Shown in pieces: positions 1-8,455 of a stretch of DNA of 28,225 nt. Below the pieces are notes generated by a model. It saw nothing but the letters and a program-made list of their open reading frames with translations, searched no databases and was not told where the DNA came from. The stretch covers positions 1-28,225 of the forward strand of contig JAEYLA010000264.1 in NCBI GenBank assembly GCA_023461495.1. The letters are read 5' to 3'. Source of the DNA: Bacillota bacterium (lineage in GTDB: Bacteria; Bacillota; Clostridia; Christensenellales; CAG-138). The translations under genes and the position numbers were made by a program. Each line of letters begins with the position of its first letter. The stretch's first letter is position 1.

Positions 1-1
1 C

Positions 2-361
2 AGCCTGCACGCAGAACAGCCGTTGACGTATGGATTACTTGTGCAACCTCTGGATGCGTTTACGATGGCGCCGGATATCATCATACTCATTGCTGATCCT
101 TACCAGGCCATGCGATTGGTACAGGGATACTCCTACGAAACCGGCATAAAGCCGGAAATCGACCTGGGGGCAATGCAGGGCATGTGTTCCGAGTGTACGG
201 CATATCCCTATCTTTCGGGCAGTATGAACGTAAGCGTGCTTTGTCCGAGTACCCGCATGCTTTGCGGATGGGAGCACAGCGACATGGCAGTAGGTATTTC
301 GTTCGAGCAGTACCGCCGCATCGTATCCGGCGTGATGGCGACCAGCGGTACATGCAAATAG
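2..361 (+). CDS. DUF169 (COG2043-like) family protein, 5'-partial
   Basis: Frame open from the window edge. 'PDIIILIADPYQAMRLVQGY...QGMCSEC..YPY..G..NVS.LC...R' fits the C-terminal half of DUF169 proteins. Confidence 0.75.
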   Translation, partial: SLHAEQPLTYGLLVQPLDAFTMAPDIIILIADPYQAMRLVQGYSYETGIKPEIDLGAMQGMCSECTAYPYLSGSMNVSVLCPSTRMLCGWEHSDMAVGISFEQYRRIVSGVMATSGTCK

Positions 362-379
362 CCAAAGCCGTTACTGCCG

Positions 380-586
380 CTAACCCAATCCAAAAAAATA
401 CGAGTCATTGATGTCACCGTGGGTAGCGCGCAACATGACTGAGAGCAGCTTCCCGGGAAAGCTGTGGCAACCCAAAAGCACAGACCTGTACGAATTTATG
501 AACCGTTCCTCGATCTTTCTATGGAACGCAAGTCATTCAGCGTTCAATGCCCATGCCAGACTTTCTTTGCCCGGCAATATGCTCAA
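380..586 (-). pseudogene. possible decayed gene fragment
   Basis: TTG overlaps the TGA of the upstream hydrolase. The 69-codon frame has one internal TGA (LSILPGKESLAWALNAE*LAFHRKIEERF...FFGLG*). No family recognised. Confidence 0.2.
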
Positions 587-1662
587 CGCTTCGTTATTTG
601 CAGACTGTAGGCTTTATTAAAATCGCAATCAAAGTAAAAACTAACAGACAAAGCGTCCTGCTCATACACGATTGACCATTGCGTTGTCCATCTTTCATTC
701 TGTTGGGCAACCTGTACAAGGGCATGTTTCACTTGCTCACCAGTAAGAAACCCTTCATTTTCTTTATGGAGGGAACTTAAGTATTCAAATCGTTGCTTCG
801 CATTTTCCCCGCCGGCAGCCGTGTTTCCATTGGCAAGGTTGAAATTTGTCACCACGCTTGTGTCCACGATAACCAGTTCTCCATCCGCAAACTCAACTGC
901 AACCGACGCGCCCACAGCATCCGAAATTGCAAGATGGTGACTGATGCCGCCTGAAGCGTGTACATCATACTGCTCTAACAACGCTATGGCTTCCTCAACA
1001 GTTGCCGCCTTGTTCAGCAAAAGACGAATCGCCGTCGTAATGGTCAGGTCCGGCTTATCCGTATCAACGGTCATCATGCCGCCTTCGTTGACTTCAAGGT
1101 CAGCCACACAAAGCCCTGCTTCATTGATTCCATCCATAGGGATATATAAGGCGGCAATGGCAAGCATTTTATTGGCAATACCCTCCGGAACAGCATTTGG
1201 ACTGGTGGTGATATTTTGAAAATCGCAGGTTGAAATTGATGCATATCCGTCTTCAGGTATACATCTTACAACAATCGGAACAGAACCCTTCCAATCAAAA
1301 TTACGCCCCCACACATGCGACCCGTCCGAAGTGTACGCAGAAATGGTGCTGCAGGCGGGCCCGCTTTCTGTGACGCCTGCCGAATAAAACCCTTTCGAGA
1401 TATGTTTCGTAAGAAATGCGCTTACGGCTTTGTCGGATGATGCCCCTCCTGATGCCAAAAAATCCTCAAAATGATACTCTCCCACTACTTCCATGTAATA
1501 GATGCGCTTATTATCTGCTATTTTCTTAATAGAGGCGACGATCTTCAATTCATCACGAAACAGAATTATGGCACCGCCCGCAATGAGAAGGAAAGCAGCC
1601 GCAATCAAAACCAACAGCTTTCCTGCCTTCCGCCTTGTGCATGCCTTTTCTCCTCTTTTCAA
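583..1662 (-). CDS. membrane-anchored linear amide C-N hydrolase (choloylglycine hydrolase/peptidase C45-like Ntn hydrolase)
   Basis: 'ACSTI...GRNFDW', 'MDGINEAGL', 'HHLAISD', 'TNF', 'TQWS' motifs; basic N-terminus plus hydrophobic anchor. TTG start at 1662 chosen for the GGGGGTG RBS just upstream. Confidence 0.85.
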   Translation of the reverse strand: MKRGEKACTRRKAGKLLVLIAAAFLLIAGGAIILFRDELKIVASIKKIADNKRIYYMEVVGEYHFEDFLASGGASSDKAVSAFLTKHISKGFYSAGVTESGPACSTISAYTSDGSHVWGRNFDWKGSVPIVVRCIPEDGYASISTCDFQNITTSPNAVPEGIANKMLAIAALYIPMDGINEAGLCVADLEVNEGGMMTVDTDKPDLTITTAIRLLLNKAATVEEAIALLEQYDVHASGGISHHLAISDAVGASVAVEFADGELVIVDTSVVTNFNLANGNTAAGGENAKQRFEYLSSLHKENEGFLTGEQVKHALVQVAQQNERWTTQWSIVYEQDALSVSFYFDCDFNKAYSLQITKR

Positions 1663-1734
1663 ACTTCCACCCCCGCCCAATAGAATAAGCCTACTTCATA
1701 CGCCTGCAAAACATGTACACCCTTTGCCTTCATG

Positions 1735-2268
1735 CTAATCTGATGTCATTTTCCATTCGGACGATAAAAGAGCATATTCATAGGTATCCTGCCAAATCGG
1801 ATGATTGTTGTGATCTGTCTTAAAGTATATATTCTGTTTTAGATGCCCTTCTCTTCTCATATTCAGACGTTCAAGCAGTTTCCACGATTTATCATTGTCG
1901 GGATTGCATTTTGCAATAACGCGCCGCGCCGCGCACTCCCTTATTGCATAATCCACAACAGCTTTGGTGCTTTCAGTTGCATATCCTTTTCCCTGATAAC
2001 TAGAATTGAATACATAGCCCAATTCCCAGGTGTCAAACCCCTGCACAGATAAGTAGATATTCCCGATCAGCTTTTTATCTTCTTTTAAGCATACCGCCCA
2101 GAATGCATCATTATTTGAGCGCCTGACCGCTTCGCTTTTACATTCCTCTGCTGTAAAAACGCCATAAGGCTCGTATAAGACCACCCTCGGGTCGGACAGA
2201 TATGCATAAAGGTCCTTCCAGTCTTCGGGAAGAAACCGCCTTATGGTTAACCTGTGTGTTTCTATCAT
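1735..2268 (-). CDS. GNAT N-acetyltransferase, RimJ/RimL family
   Basis: 'IETHRLTIRRF', 'WELGY', 'YQGKGYATE', 'N..SWKLLERL.M.REG'. ATG at 2268 with AAGGAG upstream. Confidence 0.92.
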   Translation of the reverse strand: MIETHRLTIRRFLPEDWKDLYAYLSDPRVVLYEPYGVFTAEECKSEAVRRSNNDAFWAVCLKEDKKLIGNIYLSVQGFDTWELGYVFNSSYQGKGYATESTKAVVDYAIRECAARRVIAKCNPDNDKSWKLLERLNMRREGHLKQNIYFKTDHNNHPIWQDTYEYALLSSEWKMTSD

Positions 2269-2284
2269 ATTATAGGCCTGCTCC

Positions 2285-2974
2285 TTACGCTGGAACGCTA
2301 ATCGATGCTCTTTTTGTGCGGAACAATACGGCAATTAATACGGCGGCCAAAGGATATATGATCCCCACGGAGGCGCTCATATAAAAGAACGGCGGCCAAA
2401 TCAGAACGCCGACAATGGTGGGCGAAATAATCCCGTGTATTAATAATATTTTCCTGATCGTCTTTTCCAGCGCGCCTCCCTGAAAAGCAAAAGCGGAGAA
2501 CAACGTGGATAAGCCCATAAGCGTGTACGCCAGAGCATTCGCGGCAATCAACGGCTTTCCGGGAGCCATTTCAAATAAGGCGACACTATCAAACTGACCA
2601 TTCAACATGCTGGGAGCAATGATCAAAACTTGAATAATATAAATAAAGCAGTTGATGGTTGCGTAAATACACGCAAGGCTTACGCCGATATGGCTACACA
2701 TTTTTGACTCTGAAGGAGCATAATGATGGATGCTTACCGTCATCACCACAAAGGATAGCGCCAGAAATATAGACGGGGTGTAATACAATATTGATATCCA
2801 GAATTGCGATGTCAGAACTCCTGACATGTTCAGGATTGCGGCAACATCAAATGCCAAATAAAAGAAAGCGGAACACAGCGCCGACCAGAACCCGATTTTA
2901 TTAATATTGTCCGGCACGGTTGGATGTTCCGTATTAGCTACATGCCCCTTTATTGCTCCACTATGATTTTTCAT
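2285..2974 (-). CDS. hypothetical integral membrane protein (about 6 TM)
   Basis: Multiple hydrophobic segments. ATG at 2974 preceded by AAAGGAGG. Confidence 0.8.
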   Translation of the reverse strand: MKNHSGAIKGHVANTEHPTVPDNINKIGFWSALCSAFFYLAFDVAAILNMSGVLTSQFWISILYYTPSIFLALSFVVMTVSIHHYAPSESKMCSHIGVSLACIYATINCFIYIIQVLIIAPSMLNGQFDSVALFEMAPGKPLIAANALAYTLMGLSTLFSAFAFQGGALEKTIRKILLIHGIISPTIVGVLIWPPFFYMSASVGIIYPLAAVLIAVLFRTKRASISVPA

Positions 2975-3057
2975 CAAGCAACCTCCTTTTCGGACTTCTG
3001 ATTTCCTGGGGGACAGAGCACCTGCAACAGCAACCGCTTTGAATAGGCTGAGGAACA

Positions 3058-3684
3058 TTACCAACGGCCATGATGTATCCTGTCTTTGGTATTTATCTGA
3101 ATTTGGCGGGTTGCCGGTAATTCTTTCGCGGGATAACCCAAGGCCAGATAACAGGGAATCTCATACCCCTCCGGCACGCCGAGCGTCGTTTTGAGGTGAT
3201 GGGTTTCCTCCTCAAACGGAATGCGCGTGACGCCAAAGATGCCTTCGGCGGCAGCGGCGAGCAGCATATTTTCAATGCAGCACCAAATGGACGCGAAGCT
3301 GTTGAGGGCGGATAATGACTCTGGCTTCAACAGCGTTCCATGGTGTCGGAAAACGGGGAGTATCAGACACCCGGCATTGAGCAGCATTCGATATTGCTTT
3401 GGAATTCCAATCAGGTACATTGCCCTCTGGCATTCATCGGTCAAGCCCCACTTATCGATAATAGCAGTAGACTCGTCCACGCTTAAATCCTTTGGCACAT
3501 AACGTATCGCCGCAAGCCTCTGGGCTTTATCGTTCAAAATAATAAACTCCCATTCCCGCATATGATCGTTGGTGGGCGCTTGAAGCCCTGCCTTGATGAT
3601 CCGCTCCAGAATATCCGCGGGAATGGCGCGGTCCTCAAAATCCCGTATTGTTTTTCTGGTCATAACAGTTTCATAAAAATCCAT
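3058..3684 (-). CDS. nitroreductase family protein
   Basis: 'RKTIRDF', 'AGLQAPT..H...WEF', 'ENMLLAAAAEG', 'ALGYP'. GGAGG RBS. Confidence 0.93.
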   Translation of the reverse strand: MDFYETVMTRKTIRDFEDRAIPADILERIIKAGLQAPTNDHMREWEFIILNDKAQRLAAIRYVPKDLSVDESTAIIDKWGLTDECQRAMYLIGIPKQYRMLLNAGCLILPVFRHHGTLLKPESLSALNSFASIWCCIENMLLAAAAEGIFGVTRIPFEEETHHLKTTLGVPEGYEIPCYLALGYPAKELPATRQIQINTKDRIHHGRW

Positions 3685-3699
3685 TTTAGATAACCTCCA

Positions 3700-4347
3700 T
3701 TACTCAAATATTTCAGTAGACATTGTACCGTAATAGTAATGCTCTGAGACATTCCAGCCTTCAGAACAGCCGATTGGGGATTTTAAATAGAATAGAATAT
3801 CGGACGCGTTCAAAATTTGCTGCAAATCCCCGGATAACAGCTTCTGATCAACGGAAGCGGATACAATCCTGCCGCACACAAGTACATGGCCCTTGCCCAG
3901 TCCTTTTATCCATTCCAGCCTGCATTCATAGTGCGCAACACATTCTTCAATCCTGCAAACCTCCGTCCTCAAGCCGCTGATTGGCGTCAAGCCGCTTGCT
4001 ATTACTTCATCGGTATCGTCACCATAATGCTCTGTTGTTTTAAGCGCCTCATCCTTTATTTGTCTTGGGCACAGGTTTATGGTAAACTCTCCGTTCCCTT
4101 TGACCAGAGCATGCGTATCGCTGTTATCCACATCTTGAAAGATAAAATATGGCGATGAGCCGGGTCCGGCAGTAATACCCCAGGCGTTTAATTGTGCATT
4201 GTTGAGTCCATTCTTTTTCTTTGTCGTCACAATAAAAACCTGCATCGGAAAAAGAATGATATTGTCAAGCCATCTTCCGACTTCAAATTGTCCCGGGAAG
4301 TTTTCTTTTAATCCGTCAGGCGCAGTTACACTTAGTTCTGTTTTCAT
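3700..4347 (-). CDS. flavin reductase-like (DIM6/NTAB) FMN-binding protein
   Basis: 'QVFIVTT...NAQ', 'T...V..NGEFTIN', 'SGLT', 'IEECVAHYECRL', 'H.LVCGRIV'. Confidence 0.88.
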   Translation of the reverse strand: MKTELSVTAPDGLKENFPGQFEVGRWLDNIILFPMQVFIVTTKKKNGLNNAQLNAWGITAGPGSSPYFIFQDVDNSDTHALVKGNGEFTINLCPRQIKDEALKTTEHYGDDTDEVIASGLTPISGLRTEVCRIEECVAHYECRLEWIKGLGKGHVLVCGRIVSASVDQKLLSGDLQQILNASDILFYLKSPIGCSEGWNVSEHYYYGTMSTEIFE

Positions 4348-4437
4348 TTTCCGCGCTCCTAATCAAACACCTTTCATTAAAATGTTGAAGCAATATTTGT
4401 CCAAATTTTCGTAACCGATTAATATAGCGCCACCACG

Positions 4438-4848
4438 CTATTCATTCCGCTCGCCTTTCCCCCAGGACCCAACTTCTATGAGATTCCCCTCGGGGTCAGC
4501 AACAAACGACGAACGCATTCCCCAGGGTTCATTCCGCGGAGAGAAGATTGGGGTAGCCCCCAAATCTACAACTCGCTTGAATTCCACATCTACATCTGAG
4601 AATTTCGGCAGATCAATCGCTAGCTGAAAGGTGCCGTTTATGCTGCCCGGATAGGAAACTTCGATACCTAAATAGCCGTTTAACTCTTTTCTTTCATACA
4701 TCATAAAACGAATGCCTTCATGCCGGAATTCCACGTGGGAACCCTTCCCATCCCACTCTACATCCATGCCGATGACATCCCTGTAAAATGCCACCATCCG
4801 CTTTATATCCCCCACAAATAGGCCGATAGCATCCAACTGAATCCCCAT
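4438..4848 (-). CDS. VOC/glyoxalase/bleomycin-resistance family protein
   Basis: 'GLFVGD...MVAFYRDVIG' and 'EPWGMRS.FVADPEGNLIE'. Confidence 0.93.
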   Translation of the reverse strand: MGIQLDAIGLFVGDIKRMVAFYRDVIGMDVEWDGKGSHVEFRHEGIRFMMYERKELNGYLGIEVSYPGSINGTFQLAIDLPKFSDVDVEFKRVVDLGATPIFSPRNEPWGMRSSFVADPEGNLIEVGSWGKGERNE

Positions 4849-4873
4849 ACATTTCCATCCTTTCTCTCTGAGC

Positions 4874-5716
4874 TCACATTATGTCCAGACGCATTACACG
4901 ATTTAGGAATTCATCCATGTAGCAGTAGAACTGTTCCTTATCAGCCAAGTGAACGTTATGATCCGGATGGGCCATTTCATATGCGGCGCAATCGGGTATA
5001 AGCGCCTGCATCTTCGTATACTCGCTATCCGGAACAGCTCCATGGCTTTTTGATCGGATAAGCAAAACAGGACATTTTATTTGCGGCAGAAGCCGATACC
5101 AGCTTACATACTGCCCAATCCCGATGGCCATGGCGTTCGAGCTGAACATCATGTCATATCCCGCCACGGTCTCAACCAGACTGCTCATGAAATACTGAAA
5201 TTCCAAATCAGAGCAGGATATTTTTCGAATATATTTTGCCGCCTCCATTCTTGAGCCGAACGGCAACGGCCAATCTCTCGTGGGGTTATTTTTGTGACAC
5301 TCGGCTATTGGCGACGGTCTTTCCGGGCCCGCGGCCGCTTTATCCAGAATGGCTGCGGCTATTACATATTGGGGATATAGCGCTGCCAAATATCCGGCTA
5401 CCGCGCCGCCCATCGAATGGCCCACCAGTATCGCAGACTTGATGTTGAGGTACTCCATCAATTCAATGATATCGTCCGCCATCTCTCTATCGGTATAACT
5501 TGATTCAGGCCTGCTGCTTAATCCATGGCCTCTTTGGTCTGGCGCAATGATCCGGTATCTGTTTCCGTACTGCTGTATAAAGTCATACCATGTTTCTGCT
5601 CTTCCGCACCTGCCATGAAGACATATAATTACACTATCCCCCGTTTGGCTATGCATAAAGAACAACTCAACATTGCTCAATGTTGCAATGCCTCTATATA
5701 CTCTTACCTCGGGCAT
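4874..5716 (-). CDS. alpha/beta fold hydrolase
   Basis: 'LHG', 'DQRGHGLS', nucleophile elbow 'GHSMGG', C-terminal 'DHNVH'. ATG at 5716 with AAGGAG upstream. Confidence 0.92.
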   Translation of the reverse strand: MPEVRVYRGIATLSNVELFFMHSQTGDSVIICLHGRCGRAETWYDFIQQYGNRYRIIAPDQRGHGLSSRPESSYTDREMADDIIELMEYLNIKSAILVGHSMGGAVAGYLAALYPQYVIAAAILDKAAAGPERPSPIAECHKNNPTRDWPLPFGSRMEAAKYIRKISCSDLEFQYFMSSLVETVAGYDMMFSSNAMAIGIGQYVSWYRLLPQIKCPVLLIRSKSHGAVPDSEYTKMQALIPDCAAYEMAHPDHNVHLADKEQFYCYMDEFLNRVMRLDIM

Positions 5717-5736
5717 TTCCGCTTGCGCTCTCCTTC

Positions 5737-5787
5737 TTATGAATGTGCAAATCTCAATGAATATCCGTCCGGATCTTGTAATTTCAT
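5737..5787 (-). pseudogene. 16-aa remnant of a VOC/bleomycin-resistance gene (MKLQDPDGYSLRFAHS)
   Basis: AGGAG RBS and ATG are followed almost directly by QDPDGYxLRF, a typical VOC C-terminal signature, then TAA. Confidence 0.6.
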
Positions 5788-5802
5788 TTGATTTGTCTCC
5801 TG

Positions 5803-6372
5803 TCAAAATTCATTGCCGATGAAAATATCTAAAATAGTTTGAAATAACGTATCCCTTTGTTTTTTGTCCTGAACATCAATGCCGGTATATTTCAAAAAAT
5901 CATCGGAACGATAAAAGACCAGTTGTGAAAACGATATAAGCTGATAGGCGATAATTCTACATTCTGTTTCAGACCTTTTGTCCCCGCAGCACTCTTTAAG
6001 CATCGGGAGGATATAGTATGGCAATTCTATTTCGCCCTCTAAAAGCAAATATGGTATCGTAGGCTTCGATAGTTCTGAATAGTCTATCGTAATATCAGCC
6101 ATAGTGATTAAAAACTCCCTTAGCTTTTGCTTGGCAGGTATATTCTTATCCCTTATTTCTTTTAACGCATACGCTCTGTCCGCCATAAGTTTGCTGACGG
6201 CGGTATTTAGCAACGCATCTTTTGAGCTGAAATAGTAATTTATCATAGCTAAATTTGCACCCGCTTCGTTAGCAATTTGCCGAGCCGTTATTTTACTTGG
6301 ATGTTTGCTTTGAGTCAAAAGCTTCATCGTCGCTTGTATTAATTGATCTTTGACAGTATCACCACTATGCAT
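5803..6372 (-). CDS. TetR/AcrR family transcriptional regulator
   Basis: N-terminal HTH 'ITARQIANEAGANLAMINYYFSSKDAL'. Confidence 0.95.
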   Translation of the reverse strand: MHSGDTVKDQLIQATMKLLTQSKHPSKITARQIANEAGANLAMINYYFSSKDALLNTAVSKLMADRAYALKEIRDKNIPAKQKLREFLITMADITIDYSELSKPTIPYLLLEGEIELPYYILPMLKECCGDKRSETECRIIAYQLISFSQLVFYRSDDFLKYTGIDVQDKKQRDTLFQTILDIFIGNEF

Positions 6373-6386
6373 TACGCTACTTCCCT

Positions 6387-6430
6387 TATGCTATACTCGT
6401 ATTAAACGCGTTTAATACGAGTATAGCATA
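6387..6430. promoter_or_regulatory. perfect 44-bp palindrome, probable TetR operator
   Basis: TATGCTATACTCGTATTAAACG|CGTTTAATACGAGTATAGCATA, 22/22 pairs. It includes the -10 and extends to the tetR RBS. Confidence 0.75.
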
Positions 6431-6453
6431 GCGGAGAAAAATTCTTGTGTCAA
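6425..6453 (-). promoter_or_regulatory. sigma-A type promoter of tetR
   Basis: TTGACA (6453-6448), 17-bp spacer, TATGCT (6430-6425) on the minus strand. Confidence 0.7.
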
Positions 6454-6503
6454 TGCCGATTTTTATTCGCTACATTAAATGCCATGCGGATTGCATGGCA
6501 TCA

Positions 6504-6734
6504 CAGCCTGTCAACAAACTTTCATGTTAATTTTTCTATGTAGGAGATGAAAATGTAGTTGCATATCGGCATGCTCCGCCGTCCCTACGAAGAGAAAGAA
6601 CTTAGAAATACAGCAAAATTCGTCCAGACTGACGACATGTGCGTCAGCTTGGACTCCTTGCATGAAGGCCTGCTACGTCAGGCCTTGATGAGAAAATCCC
6701 GTCGATAAACCCAAATGGGTTTATCGACGGCCTG
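6504..6734. mobile_element. IS1182-like non-autonomous remnant / MITE
   Basis: Imperfect 16-bp terminal IRs (CAGCCTGTCAACAAAC / GTTTATCGACGGCCTG, 12/16). Degenerate 26-27-bp direct repeats at 6477-6503 and 6735-6760. Subterminal perfect hairpin at 6699-6730. No transposase. Confidence 0.6.
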
Positions 6735-6794
6735 AGATGCATGCGAACTGCCTGGCATCATCCTTAAGCAGTCAGCAAAATCCGGTATGGGGCC

Positions 6795-7538
6795 TTAAGC
6801 CATGAAGCGGTTTAACAAAGCCAGATATTCCGTACAATGAGCAAGGCTGAATTCACCGCGTTTCATTCCGGGCACTACGCATACCTGCGCCTGGGGAAGC
6901 ATGCGCATCAGCTTGCGGACCGATTGATCCAGCCTCCGTATTTCTTCCGTGCCAATAATGATCAGCATTTTTGCCCCTGTATTTTTGAGCGTATCCGGGG
7001 CGGCATAACCGGCGTTACTTTGGGTTATATTGATCAGGGATTTCTGATGCATGCTTTTGCGGTCTTTATAATACTGATCAAAGAGCTTCTCTTTCACAAA
7101 AAGCGCCCTGGCCTGCATTCTTGCAAACCATCTTTTCCCGATCAGGCCATAAACCAACTCGCCGCTCCTGGCCACCGACCGGGCTAGGCCGTTCAGGGGA
7201 ATGACCGATGTACTTTCAATAATGGCGTACTTTGCAATATCCGCTCTTTTTGAAAGCACCTCAACAGCGATTTGCCCACCCAGTGAGAAACCGCAAACAG
7301 CAAGCACGTTCCCGTTAAAATTCGCGTCAATATATTGGATCAGCTTTTGCGCGGAGTCCTGTATGCTCACAAATTCCGTCGCCCCGTCTTCCCCATGGCC
7401 ATCGATAATGGGTGTAACAATAAAATACTTCGTCTTCAATAAATGGATAATATCCGTGAACGACCACCACGAGAGTCCTCCCCCATGCAGAAAGATTACC
7501 GGAGGCTTTGTCCTGTCTCCAAACTCTTTATATCTCAT
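6795..7538 (-). CDS. alpha/beta fold hydrolase (catalytic His apparently replaced by Arg)
   Basis: 'MRYKEFG...IFLHGGG', 'DGHGE', 'GFSLGG'. C-terminal 'PGMKRGEFS' lies where H-G-E is expected. ATG at 7538 with GGAAGGTG upstream. Confidence 0.88.
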   Translation of the reverse strand: MRYKEFGDRTKPPVIFLHGGGLSWWSFTDIIHLLKTKYFIVTPIIDGHGEDGATEFVSIQDSAQKLIQYIDANFNGNVLAVCGFSLGGQIAVEVLSKRADIAKYAIIESTSVIPLNGLARSVARSGELVYGLIGKRWFARMQARALFVKEKLFDQYYKDRKSMHQKSLINITQSNAGYAAPDTLKNTGAKMLIIIGTEEIRRLDQSVRKLMRMLPQAQVCVVPGMKRGEFSLAHCTEYLALLNRFMA

Positions 7539-7783
7539 CCCGCTTGCGCACCTTCCATATTCGCCGCAAAGGGTATACTTCCATTTAGCCTTTAGATATG
7601 GATACCGCCGCACGGCTAATCTGAAAAAGAGCAGCGCAACGATACCGGCTATATCATGCAGCATCTAAAGCAGCAGTATGGCAAAAACGACCGTGCTCCC
7701 GGCATTCCTTTGGCTGAGACATCACATCTCCCCTTCCACAACGAGCAATCTGTCCCAGAACGGGCCTTGCGGCCGGAGGAGAT

Positions 7784-8452
7784 TTATGCCCCCGGCCCAA
7801 GCGTATCGGCAAGCGTCTGTAAATAAGAGGTGTCCGCGATTGCAACCACCTTGTCATCGGCCAGCAGCACGGTATCGCCGCGCGGCAATAACAGCTCCGA
7901 TTCCCGCAAGATAGCGACCAGCACGCATTCCACCGGCAGCCTGATATCCCGCAGCGTTTGCCCGACTACCGCAGAGTTGGGATCGACAACCCTTTCTACC
8001 AGCGAATACTGCCCGCCGTGGAGCTTCAAAAGCGTCATCATATCGCCCATGGTCATTTCTTCCGCAACAAGGCGCGCCATGAGATCGGCCTGATTGAGCG
8101 CGGCGTCCACGCCCATTGTTGTGTTAAACAGCCATGCGTTTTTCGGATTGTTGACCCGCCCGACCACGCGGCGTACGCCGTATTCCAGCCGTGCGAGCGT
8201 CGCAACCACAAGATTGGTTTCGTCCGCGCCGGTCACCGCGGCCACTACATCCGTGCCGCGAACCCCCGCCGCCTCCAATACCTTGGGATCCGCGCCGTTT
8301 GCGTGGATGACGCAGTCTTCCGGCAAATCGCGTTTCAGGATGGGGATTCTTGAGCTGCGCTGATCGATGACTTTTACCTCATGCCCGCGCCCGATCAGCA
8401 GTGAAGCCAGATACGCGCCGACCTGACCGCCGCCTACGATAATGACCTTCAT
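7784..8452 (-). CDS. trkA: TrkA/KtrA-family potassium uptake regulatory protein (RCK_N + RCK_C)
   Basis: Rossmann 'IIVGGGQVG', 'AVTGADETN', RCK_C 'VLVAILR....LPRGDTVL..DD'. Confidence 0.93.
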   Translation of the reverse strand: MKVIIVGGGQVGAYLASLLIGRGHEVKVIDQRSSRIPILKRDLPEDCVIHANGADPKVLEAAGVRGTDVVAAVTGADETNLVVATLARLEYGVRRVVGRVNNPKNAWLFNTTMGVDAALNQADLMARLVAEEMTMGDMMTLLKLHGGQYSLVERVVDPNSAVVGQTLRDIRLPVECVLVAILRESELLLPRGDTVLLADDKVVAIADTSYLQTLADTLGPGA

Positions 8453-8455
8453 GTT

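Noticed and set aside
1553..1642. Minus-strand ATG after a strong AGAGGAG near the hydrolase start, suggesting a frameshifted start
   Set aside because: It opens only a short out-of-frame peptide. The in-frame TTG at 1662 has its own RBS and gives a normal signal-anchor.
4363..4440. In-frame continuation after the VOC amber stop (possible readthrough or pyrrolysine)
   Set aside because: The VOC domain is complete before the TAG and nothing in the window supports recoding; treated as a possible gene scar only.
1663..5802. Integron attC sites between the array genes
   Set aside because: The spacers share no repeated sequence or attC-like inverted repeat, and no integrase is present.
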